From assembly GCA_964619105.1 (NCBI GenBank), contig CAZUDC010000001.1:1-52894 (forward strand): a stretch of DNA of 52,894 nucleotides, read 5' to 3'. Position numbers and translations under genes: made by a program. This document shows positions 45,615-52,894 of the stretch, one piece after another. Source of the DNA: an uncultured Ruminococcus sp. (GTDB lineage Bacteria; Bacillota; Clostridia; Oscillospirales; Ruminococcaceae). Numbering within the stretch: the first letter of the stretch is position 1; every line of letters begins with the position of its first letter. Below the pieces are notes generated by a model, which was not told where the DNA came from, made no database searches, and was given only the letters and a program-made list of their open reading frames with translations.

Positions 45615-46977
45615 TATTCTGCGGGAGTCGAATATTATTGAGCTTAAATCAGAACTTAATGATAAACTGGAAAAGGAGATCGTCGCATTTTTGAATTATC
45701 GTGAAGGCGGTGATTTCTATATCGGTGTCAATGACGACGGAGAAGCATTGGAACTTGATAATATAGACGGTATCCAATGTGCTGCCGCTGACCGTATCAA
45801 GAAGAATATCCAGCCGTCAACGCTTGGCCTTTTTGATATTGTCAAAGAGAAATATCAAGGTAAAAATATTATACACATTATCATATCAAGCGGACCTGAA
45901 AAGCCATACTATATAAAACGTCAGGGAATGTCCGAAACAGGCTGCTATATCAGAATAGGCACATCATCTCAGCCTATGAGTCAGGCGATGATTGATGATC
46001 TGTACGCAAGAAGAACACACAATTCACTCAGCAGAATCGTATCACCGAGAAATAATCTTACATTTGAGCAGCTTCAGATATATTATCAGTCGAAAGGTTT
46101 GACGTTAAATGAAAAGTTCCCGGAAAACCTTGATCTGCTGACAGCTGACGGAAAATATAACTACATTGCTTATCTTCTTGCAGACAGTAACGGAACATCA
46201 ATAAAAATTGCAAAGTATTCGGGAACAGACAAAACCGATCTTATAGAAAATGAAGAGTATGGTTATTGTTCACTTATTAAGGCGGCAAAAAGTGTTCTGG
46301 ACCGTCTTGAAATAGAAAATAAAACGCTTGCAAGGATCACAAGCAAGGAGCGGTTGGAAAGAAGATTGGTCGATCCAATTGCTTTGCGTGAGGCGGTTAT
46401 TAATGCAATCGTTCATAATGATTATTCAAGAGAAGTGCCGCCTGTGTTTGAAATATTTTCGGACAGAATACAGATAACATCGTATGGTGGACTTCCGATG
46501 GGCTTGTCGGAAGATGATTTCTTTAATTGCCGTTCTATGTCAAGAAATCGTGAATTAATGCGTATTTTTAAAGATATAGGTCTTGTTGAACAGCTTGGCT
46601 CTGGTATGAGCAGAATACTGAAAGTTTATGACCGAACAGCTTTTGAAATATCAGACCATTTTCTTGTTGTTACATTCAAGTTTCCGAAAGGCAGCACATC
46701 CCAAGTGACACCCCAAGTCAAGCCCCAAGTGACACCCCAAGTCATAATCCAAGATGATTTGCCGAATAGAATACTGGAATTTTGCATAACCGCCAGATCA
46801 AAACAGGAAATGGCATCGCATTTTGGATATAAGGATGCCAAAGGTTTTGCAAAACGTTATATTTCCCCACTTGTTGAGCAAAAGAAATTAGTGTTGACTA
46901 TACCTGATAAACCTACAAGCAGCAAACAGAAGTATATTACATCAGAGTTTGAAGAGGTGAGTGACGATGCCGACTAA
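45607..46977 (+). CDS. AlbA_2 (Schlafen-like) + HATPase_c_4 (RecG-C-like) + wHTH protein embedded in the R-M operon
   Basis: The N-terminus ESNIIELKSELNDKLEKEIVAFLNYREGGDFYIGVND is AlbA_2-like. LREAVINAIVHNDYS...VEQLGSGMSRIL is HATPase_c_4-like. A PQV(T/K) repeat and then a winged-helix-like tail follow. It overlaps both neighbours. Confidence 0.7.
   Translation: MSDILRESNIIELKSELNDKLEKEIVAFLNYREGGDFYIGVNDDGEALELDNIDGIQCAAADRIKKNIQPSTLGLFDIVKEKYQGKNIIHIIISSGPEKPYYIKRQGMSETGCYIRIGTSSQPMSQAMIDDLYARRTHNSLSRIVSPRNNLTFEQLQIYYQSKGLTLNEKFPENLDLLTADGKYNYIAYLLADSNGTSIKIAKYSGTDKTDLIENEEYGYCSLIKAAKSVLDRLEIENKTLARITSKERLERRLVDPIALREAVINAIVHNDYSREVPPVFEIFSDRIQITSYGGLPMGLSEDDFFNCRSMSRNRELMRIFKDIGLVEQLGSGMSRILKVYDRTAFEISDHFLVVTFKFPKGSTSQVTPQVKPQVTPQVIIQDDLPNRILEFCITARSKQEMASHFGYKDAKGFAKRYISPLVEQKKLVLTIPDKPTSSKQKYITSEFEEVSDDAD
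46699..46746 (+). repeat. Four tandem 12-nt units (CCCCAAGTNANN) encoding (P/S)QV(T/K/I) x4
   Basis: The sequence reads ...TCCCAAGTGACA CCCCAAGTCAAG CCCCAAGTGACA CCCCAAGTCATA... Confidence 0.85.
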
Positions 46978-49957
46978 TCTTAGCGAAAACGGACTTGAAA
47001 CACTTATTGTTGAATATCTTGTCAACTCAAATAAATATGAGCAGGGTTGCAATTCCACATATAACAAGGAATATGCTCTTGACGAAGAAAGGCTGTTTCG
47101 CTTTCTCAATGATACTCAGAAGGCTAAAATGGACGAGCTGCATATCCTTGATAATGACCTTGAAAAAGATCGCTTCTTTAAACAGCTTGACAGAAAGCTA
47201 AAGAGCGACGGAGTTATTGAGATACTGAGAAAAGGCATCCGTTATAAGCATCTTCACCTTGATATGCTGTACGTTCGTCCAACTTTCGGTAATGCTGCCG
47301 CTGCGGAACTGTACTCAAAGAACATTTTCAGCGTTACAAGACAATTAAATTACTCAAAGCAGAATCCAAAGCTTGCACTTGATCTTTGTATTTTTCTTAA
47401 TGGTCTGCCTATTATGACATTTGAACTGAAAAATCAGCTTACAAAGCAGAATGTCAATGATGCCGTAATACAATATAAACGTGATCGCAGTCCCTCGGAA
47501 CTGCTTTTCAGCTTTAAACGCTGCATTGTCCATTTTGCTGTTGATGATAATGAAGTAAAGATGTGTACAGAGCTGAAAGGAGAAAAATCATGGTTTCTTC
47601 CTTTTAACAAGGGAAACAATGACGGCGCAGGAAATCCTGTTAATCCTAATGGTCTGAAAACAGAATATCTTTGGAAAAATATCCTTAATAAAGATGAAAT
47701 ATCCAACATAATTGAAAATTATGCTCAGATCATTTCTGAGAAAGACGAGGACACAGGCATAACCAAATACAAGCAGATATTCCCACGTTATCATCAGCTT
47801 TATCTTGTTAAATCATTGCTCGAAGATGCCAAACGTGACGGTGTGGGCCATAGATATCTTATTCAGCATAGTGCAGGATCGGGCAAATCCAATTCCATAG
47901 CCTGGCTTGCTCACCAGCTTGTAACGCTTACGGACAGTAATTCAAAAAATATATTTGATACGGTCATTGTAGTAACCGATCGTGTAAACCTGGATAAACA
48001 GATAAGAGATACTATTAAACAGTTTATGCAGGTGTCAGCAACCGTGGGGTGGGCAAGCGCTTCGGGTGAACTGAAAAAACTTCTTGATGAAGGAAAGAAA
48101 ATAGTTATTACCACTGTTCATAAATTTCAGTTTATTCTCAAGGATATTTCAGATGTTTATAAAAATAACAGCTTTGCTATCTTAATTGATGAAGCACATT
48201 CAAGTCAGAATGGAAATCTGTCTGCAAAAATGAATATTGTTCTTTCCGGAAACGTTTATGAAGATGATGACGATTTAGAGGATAAGATCAACAGTATTAT
48301 TGAAGGCAGAAAAATGGTCAAAAATGCAAGCTATTTTGCATTTACAGCCACGCCCAAAAATAAGACACTTGAAATGTTCGGTAAGAAAGAGCGTCTGCCT
48401 GACGGAACTACACAGCCTTGCCCTCATTATGTATATACAATGAAGCAAGCTATCGAAGAAGGCTTCATTATGGATGTTCTTCGTTATTATACGCCGATTC
48501 AGAGTTATTATAAGCTGGCAAAATCAATAGAAGACAATCCGCAGTTTGATAAGAAAAAGGCTCAGAAATTGCTGCGATATTACGTTGAATCCAACAGTTA
48601 TGCAATAAAAGAAAAAGCCAAAATAATTGTTGAGCATTTTCATAGTCAGGTTATTTCCAAAGGCAAGATAGGCGGAAAAGCAAGAGCAATGGTTGTTACA
48701 AGCAAAATTGCTCGGGCAGTTGATTATTACAAGGCAATAACTGAATTGCTTGAAGAACGCAAAAGCCCGTATAAAGCTATTATAGCGTATTCCGGCACTG
48801 CTGAATACTATGGAAAGCAAGTGACCGAGGATGAAATAAATGGTTTCCCAAGCTCACAGATTGAGAAAACGTTCCGCTCCGATCCATACCGTATTCTTAT
48901 AGTTGCCCAAAAATTTCAGACAGGATATGATGAGCCGCTTTTACATACAATGTATGTAGATACAAAATTATCAGATATAAAGGCGGTACAAACACTCTCA
49001 CGTCTGAACAGAAGCCACCCCGATAAAAAAGATACATTTATTCTTGACTTTATAAATGATGTTTCAGTGATTAAGGCTGCATTTGACAGATACTATAAAA
49101 CTACAATTCTTTCGGGTGAAACAGACGTAAACAAGCTGAATGACCTTATTGATACAATGGAAACCATTCAGGTCTATACAGTCGAAGATATAGATAGCTT
49201 TGTGAGTCTTTGTCTTAATAATGCTTCGAGAGAACAGCTTGATCCTATACTTGATAAATGTGTTGAAGTCTATAACGATCTTGCGGTTGAAGATCAGATA
49301 GAATTTAAAAGCAGTGCAAAATCATTTGTTCGCACATACAATTTCCTTGCCTCAGTTCTTCCTTATGGCAGTTCCGATTGGGAAAAGTTGTCGATTTTCC
49401 TTAATCAACTTATTGCAAAGCTTCCATCTCCCCAAGGCAACGGTTTTTCTGAAGATCTGCTTGAAGATATTGATCTTGAATACTATCGTACCACTCAAAT
49501 GGACACTGTTAAGATTGTTCTTGATGACAAAAATGGTGAGGTGAATCCTATTCCTGTCAGCACTGATGTTGGCATTGAAGTTCCTGAAATGGACAGCTTA
49601 TCAGCAATTTTGCAGGAATTTAATGATCTTTTCGGTGATATTGAATGGTCTGATACTGATAAAGTCAGAAAACAGATATTTGATTTTCCCGATATTGTAA
49701 GTCAGGATATACGTTATCAAAATGCGATGAAACGATCAGACAAACAGAATGCCAAGGATGAAAGTGATCGTGCAACGTATGATGCAGTAATAGCTGCTAT
49801 GAATACTAACCTTGAAATATATAAACGCTTTATGGACGATCCACATTTTGCAGATACGTTAAAGAAGTTTATTTTTAATCGTACATATATACCAAAAGAT
49901 AATCATTCTTCCAAAACAGCAAAAGATACTATAAATGATACACGATCGAATGTATGA
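46967..49957 (+). CDS. hsdR: Type I restriction endonuclease subunit R
   Basis: The PD-(D/E)xK-like motif is LDLCIFLNGLPIMTFELKN. Walker A is QHSAGSGKS and the DEAH box is LIDEAHSSQ. The helicase C motifs are QKFQTGYDEP...QTLSRLNR. Confidence 0.9.
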   Translation: MPTNLSENGLETLIVEYLVNSNKYEQGCNSTYNKEYALDEERLFRFLNDTQKAKMDELHILDNDLEKDRFFKQLDRKLKSDGVIEILRKGIRYKHLHLDMLYVRPTFGNAAAAELYSKNIFSVTRQLNYSKQNPKLALDLCIFLNGLPIMTFELKNQLTKQNVNDAVIQYKRDRSPSELLFSFKRCIVHFAVDDNEVKMCTELKGEKSWFLPFNKGNNDGAGNPVNPNGLKTEYLWKNILNKDEISNIIENYAQIISEKDEDTGITKYKQIFPRYHQLYLVKSLLEDAKRDGVGHRYLIQHSAGSGKSNSIAWLAHQLVTLTDSNSKNIFDTVIVVTDRVNLDKQIRDTIKQFMQVSATVGWASASGELKKLLDEGKKIVITTVHKFQFILKDISDVYKNNSFAILIDEAHSSQNGNLSAKMNIVLSGNVYEDDDDLEDKINSIIEGRKMVKNASYFAFTATPKNKTLEMFGKKERLPDGTTQPCPHYVYTMKQAIEEGFIMDVLRYYTPIQSYYKLAKSIEDNPQFDKKKAQKLLRYYVESNSYAIKEKAKIIVEHFHSQVISKGKIGGKARAMVVTSKIARAVDYYKAITELLEERKSPYKAIIAYSGTAEYYGKQVTEDEINGFPSSQIEKTFRSDPYRILIVAQKFQTGYDEPLLHTMYVDTKLSDIKAVQTLSRLNRSHPDKKDTFILDFINDVSVIKAAFDRYYKTTILSGETDVNKLNDLIDTMETIQVYTVEDIDSFVSLCLNNASREQLDPILDKCVEVYNDLAVEDQIEFKSSAKSFVRTYNFLASVLPYGSSDWEKLSIFLNQLIAKLPSPQGNGFSEDLLEDIDLEYYRTTQMDTVKIVLDDKNGEVNPIPVSTDVGIEVPEMDSLSAILQEFNDLFGDIEWSDTDKVRKQIFDFPDIVSQDIRYQNAMKRSDKQNAKDESDRATYDAVIAAMNTNLEIYKRFMDDPHFADTLKKFIFNRTYIPKDNHSSKTAKDTINDTRSNV

Positions 49958-49960
49958 TAA

Positions 49961-50015
49961 AATCCACCGATGAACAGATACTAAATCTGATATCGGTGGA
50001 TTCATTTCGTTTTTA
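49961..50015 (+). terminator. Rho-independent terminator of hsdR
   Basis: A perfect 11-bp stem is formed by AATCCACCGAT (49961-49971) and ATCGGTGGATT (49992-50002), followed by CATTTCGTTTTTA. Confidence 0.7.
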
Positions 50016-50139
50016 TATGTCTCATAATTATTGATGATAGAATTGTAATTGCAATAAGTGTTTATATTGAGGCTGCTCACTAAAATTGACAACATAATCG
50101 TGTTTTTGACACGCTTCGACAAAATTCGACCCAATAAAG

Positions 50140-50236
50140 TGGTATAATATTTTATATGTTTTATGTAGTAATACACTATGTATTACATCGTCAGGAGTAA
50201 AAGCACCCGAATTTTAAGTTTGGGTGCTTTTAGTTT
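50140..50236 (+). ncRNA. Candidate short non-coding transcript: orphan extended -10 promoter, 8-bp hairpin, then a strong terminator
   Basis: The promoter element is TGGTATAAT (50140-50148). The hairpin is GTAATACA/TGTATTAC (50168-50186). The terminator is AAAAGCACCC/GGGTGCTTTT (50199-50231) plus TAGTTT. No SD-preceded ORF lies between them. Confidence 0.2.
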
Positions 50237-50323
50237 ATGTATAACATTGTATTTTATTGTGATTTTATGTCTTTTTGTGCAGTTTGCAATAAAGCAGGTT
50301 GATAAAATCTACAAAAGTCACAG

Positions 50324-50339
50324 TTGCGTCTTTACGCAA
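50324..50339. promoter_or_regulatory. Palindrome TTGCGT-CTTT-ACGCAA
   Basis: It is a perfect 6-bp-arm palindrome. A related copy, TTGCGT-ATAT-ACGC, lies at 50412-50425. Confidence 0.4.
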
Positions 50340-50411
50340 TTATCGAATGTCATTTTTAGGACTTTTTCAAATGATATTATGGCAAAATGGCGTAAATGCG
50401 ATTTTTTCTTG

Positions 50412-50455
50412 TTGCGTATATACGCTTTGGAATTAATGTGTAATTGTGTTACAAT
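50412..50455 (+). promoter_or_regulatory. Palindrome TTGCGTATATACGC abutting the promoter TTGGAA, 17-nt spacer ending in the extended -10 TGT, TACAAT of the HTH gene
   Basis: The palindrome is at 50412-50425, the -35 at 50427-50432 and the -10 at 50450-50455, with TGT just upstream. Confidence 0.5.
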
Positions 50456-50502
50456 GTGTATGTAAAAAACGTTACTATAAAATATAAAGGAGAATTGCTT
50501 AT

Positions 50503-50913
50503 GTGGATACGAGAATTATGAAAAATAAATGTTTGCAAACCAATGTTATGGTTACTGAAAAACTTGCTGATGATGATTTTGGCATTGTTCTGTTGCGATA
50601 TATGGGCGACGGAAACATAAATACAGACGAATTGGCAGAATTTATTTCTGTAGACAAAAGCACAATATTCCGATACAGAAAAAATGAAATCAAGCCCTCC
50701 TTAAAGTGCCTAATGAAAATATGTATTGCTTTAAGATTATATAGGGAACGTTCTGATTATCTTTTTGAGTTAAGAGGGATTGCTCTGGGACATAACAGAA
50801 CGCACCTTTTGTATAAAGCAATATTATCAGATGTTTTTTTGAGCAGCCGGACTATAAGTGATTATAATGATTTTTTAAGAGTAAATGGAGTTGGTGAAGA
50901 GGAACTTTTATGA
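50503..50913 (+). CDS. HTH (XRE-like) DNA-binding protein (about 131-136 aa)
   Basis: INTDELAEFISVDKSTIFRYRKNEIKPS is HTH-like. The start is either the GTG at 50503 (RBS AAAGGAGAA) or the ATG at 50518. Confidence 0.6.
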   Translation: MDTRIMKNKCLQTNVMVTEKLADDDFGIVLLRYMGDGNINTDELAEFISVDKSTIFRYRKNEIKPSLKCLMKICIALRLYRERSDYLFELRGIALGHNRTHLLYKAILSDVFLSSRTISDYNDFLRVNGVGEEELL

Positions 50914-50946
50914 TATAGGCAAATAATTTATAATGGGAGTTCTATT

Positions 50947-51108
50947 ATGAAAGAGAAAAAAATCAAGTGTACTATTGTAATTGAAAGAGCTTTTTCTGAG
51001 GCAGGAAATGATCTCGAGGGTATATACATAGATTTTATTGCAAAGAAAATAGCTGAAATGGTAAATAGTATGAGAGCTGAGGCTTTTGAGAATAGTATAT
51101 GTGAGTAA
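50947..51108 (+). CDS. Small 53-aa ORF (MKEKKIKCTIVIERAFSEAGNDLEGIYIDF...) upstream of the recombinase, not in the ORF track
   Basis: The RBS GGGAG lies 8 nt upstream. It fills the gap between the HTH and recombinase genes. No homology was recognised. Confidence 0.3.
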   Translation: MKEKKIKCTIVIERAFSEAGNDLEGIYIDFIAKKIAEMVNSMRAEAFENSICE

Positions 51109-51116
51109 AATTTGTA

Positions 51117-51145
51117 TTGACATTGCCGCTTTACTATGGTAAAAT
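51117..51145 (+). promoter_or_regulatory. Near-consensus promoter TTGACA, 17-nt spacer ending in the extended -10 TGG, TAAAAT for the recombinase gene
   Basis: The -35 is at 51117-51122 and the -10 at 51140-51145, with an exact 17-nt spacer. Confidence 0.6.
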
Positions 51146-51192
51146 GTAATTGCAAATATCACTCGCTGTACCATAATGAAAGGAATTTGATT

Positions 51193-52794
51193 ATGGAACA
51201 GAGAATATTAAAAGCAGCTTGTTATTGCAGATTATCGGAAGATGATCTTAACGATGGTACAAGCATATCAATCGAAACGCAGATCACTATCGCAAAGCAG
51301 TATTGTAAAACCAATCGCATAGAAATTGTGGACTTCTATTGTGATGACGGTTACACCGGTACTAATTTTGAGCGTCCTGCGTTCAAGCGAATGATAGGTG
51401 ACATTGAGAAAGGCAAGGTCGATACGGTAGTTGTCAAGGACCTGTCAAGGTTCGGCAGAGAATCAATAAAGGTCAATTATTATACGCAGATGTTTTTCCC
51501 CGAAAACAACATCAACTTTATAATAATTGCCGATAACACCGTAATTACCGCAAACAGCACATATGACTTTATGCTCACCATTAAAAGTGCAATCAATGAG
51601 ATATATCCTGCGGAGGTATCTCAGAAGGTCAGACAGGCATTCAAGGCAAAGTCGATGAATGGGGAGTTCCTTCACCCATATCTTCCGTATGGTTACGTAA
51701 AATCCACTACGGAAAGAAACCATCTTGTCGTTGATAAAAAGAATGCCGATGTTGTCAGAGACATCTTTGAAATGGTGGCGTACAAGGGAATGGGTATGAA
51801 GAAAATTTCCGATTATCTGTTGGAAAACAAAATACTCAGTCCTGCTGCTCTGAGAGATTACTCAAGAGGGGATTACAGTGACCCGAATCCTTACAGCTGG
51901 AATAAGTCCTCGATCAACAATCTTCTGCATAATGAGGTTTATCTTGGACGTATTATTTATGGTAAACGGAGAAAGGTCAATTTCAAAAGTCAGAAGATAG
52001 TGACTACTGCCCGTGATGAGTGGATCATATGCGAAAATGCACATGAAGCCATTATAAGTCAGGAGTTATGGGATGCAGCTCACCAAAGGCTTGACGGACG
52101 CAGACGGGAACGCAAGACGGAATGTGTGGATAACATGTATCGCAGCATTTTGGTATGTGCGGACTGCGGCGGGACAATGTGGATAACAGCACCGCCGAAA
52201 AAGAGCACATTTTTTGTTTGCGGAAACAGCAGGGGCAGAAAAGCCGGTGTTGAGAGATGTACAACACACAATATCAGGCTTGATGATCTCAATGAAGCAG
52301 TGCTTGCTGATATAAATTCATTGCTTTGTGACTGTTGTACTGATTCGGAATCGTTCAGAGAAAAAGTCATGCATAAGGTAGTGGAACAGCTGCCCGATGT
52401 TAATCAGCTTCAGTTTGAGCTTGATGAGCTTGACAGGAAAATCGAACGGGAGAGCCGTAAGTATAAGCAGCTATATGATGATTATTATGATGGCGTAATA
52501 AAAAATGCAATGCTTTTTGAGCAGATGTCAACTGAATGCAATAATCGCATTGAAAGTTATACGGCACAAAAAGAGAAACTGCAATCGGATCTGAAATCAA
52601 CTACCGAACATTTTGACAGTGTGGATAAATTTATCGGGCTTATGCAGCGCTTTAAAAAGGTTGAGAGTCTTAACAAAGAAATCCTTAATACACTGGTGGA
52701 TAAGATAGAGGTCGGAGAGAGGACAAATACGGCGGCAGGGGAATACATACAAAATGTCAGAATAAAATACAAATTCATCGGTCAGCTGAATTGA
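51193..52794 (+). CDS. Large serine recombinase (resolvase domain, recombinase domain, zinc ribbon, coiled coil)
   Basis: The start MEQRILKAACYCRLSEDD carries the catalytic Ser. VVVKDLSRFGRE is present. The zinc ribbon is CADCGG...FFVCGNS...CTTH, followed by a C-terminal coiled coil. I trimmed it from the listed start at 51136. Confidence 0.9.
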   Translation: MEQRILKAACYCRLSEDDLNDGTSISIETQITIAKQYCKTNRIEIVDFYCDDGYTGTNFERPAFKRMIGDIEKGKVDTVVVKDLSRFGRESIKVNYYTQMFFPENNINFIIIADNTVITANSTYDFMLTIKSAINEIYPAEVSQKVRQAFKAKSMNGEFLHPYLPYGYVKSTTERNHLVVDKKNADVVRDIFEMVAYKGMGMKKISDYLLENKILSPAALRDYSRGDYSDPNPYSWNKSSINNLLHNEVYLGRIIYGKRRKVNFKSQKIVTTARDEWIICENAHEAIISQELWDAAHQRLDGRRRERKTECVDNMYRSILVCADCGGTMWITAPPKKSTFFVCGNSRGRKAGVERCTTHNIRLDDLNEAVLADINSLLCDCCTDSESFREKVMHKVVEQLPDVNQLQFELDELDRKIERESRKYKQLYDDYYDGVIKNAMLFEQMSTECNNRIESYTAQKEKLQSDLKSTTEHFDSVDKFIGLMQRFKKVESLNKEILNTLVDKIEVGERTNTAAGEYIQNVRIKYKFIGQLN

Positions 52795-52894
52795 CTTGAT
52801 GAATAAATTGTTAAAGGTGGGTAGTGCTAAGATTTACTTGGGGAGCCAAAGCCGACACATACAAACCGTTTTGATAATAAAAGGATGTATGATC

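Larger units (their letters stand above)
37289..52894. mobile_element. AT-richer accessory (defence-type) island ending in a large serine recombinase; boundaries not determined
   Basis: By eye, GC drops from about 45-50% in sampled lines of the transfer block and sugar locus to about 20-40% in sampled lines of hsdS/hsdM. Gene content is nuclease, XRE/ImmA cassette, type I R-M, HTH and serine recombinase. No flanking repeats were identified. Confidence 0.4.

Noticed and set aside
50178-50465. A 95-aa hydrophobic ORF considered as a possible type I toxin, and the mirror ORF 49859-50176 on the minus strand.
   Set aside because: Neither has a Shine-Dalgarno sequence. The plus ORF runs through a strong terminator hairpin (50199-50231). 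The minus ORF overlaps the hsdR 3' end and its terminator. Both start inside a palindrome (ATGTATTAC), which creates mirror ATGs by symmetry.
1-52894. A search for CRISPR arrays, tRNA or rRNA genes, reverse transcriptase (retron or DGR) and transposase or IS ends.
   Set aside because: No regularly spaced direct repeats, cloverleaf-capable GC-rich 75-nt segments, rRNA-like stretches, YxDD reverse-transcriptase motifs or DDE transposase ORFs were seen by eye. Absence cannot be proven without tRNAscan, Infernal or HMM runs.

Overview
This looks like low-GC Firmicutes (Clostridia-like) DNA. All calls come from reading motifs by eye; no database or HMM search was possible.

Layout:
(i) 1-510 holds a 5'-truncated nitroreductase gene and its terminator, probably the chromosomal flank.
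(ii) 780-32171 is one long plus-strand block from a Gram-positive conjugative element. It encodes a VirD4/TraG coupling protein, a Maff2/VirB2-like protein, a VirB6-like protein, a PrgI/VirB3-like protein and a VirB4 ATPase with an odd N-terminal extension. It also encodes membrane proteins, topoisomerase III, a GAF-GGDEF cyclase, SSB and a 3650-aa methyltransferase plus SNF2-helicase polyvalent protein. I could not recognise a relaxase, integrase or cell-wall hydrolase in this block.
(iii) 32241-37196 looks like housekeeping DNA: a DUF6465-like gene, a hypothetical gene, and an AraC regulator with an isomerase/oxidoreductase/DMT-transporter operon.
(iv) 37289-52894 is a visibly AT-richer accessory island. 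It carries XRE plus a secreted nuclease, and an XRE/ImmA-regulated three-gene cassette of unknown function (DUF4417 plus two small coupled proteins). It also carries a type I R-M operon with an embedded AlbA_2/HATPase_c_4 gene, an HTH gene and a large serine recombinase.

No rRNA, tRNA or CRISPR array was seen.

Best leads:
- The ImmR/ImmA- or CapH/CapP-like switch sharing a 22-nt operator box with the DUF4417 cassette. This is my candidate for an uncharacterised inducible defence or toxin system.
- A roughly 55-aa module shared between the C-terminus of the GGDEF cyclase and the N-terminus of the giant polyvalent protein.
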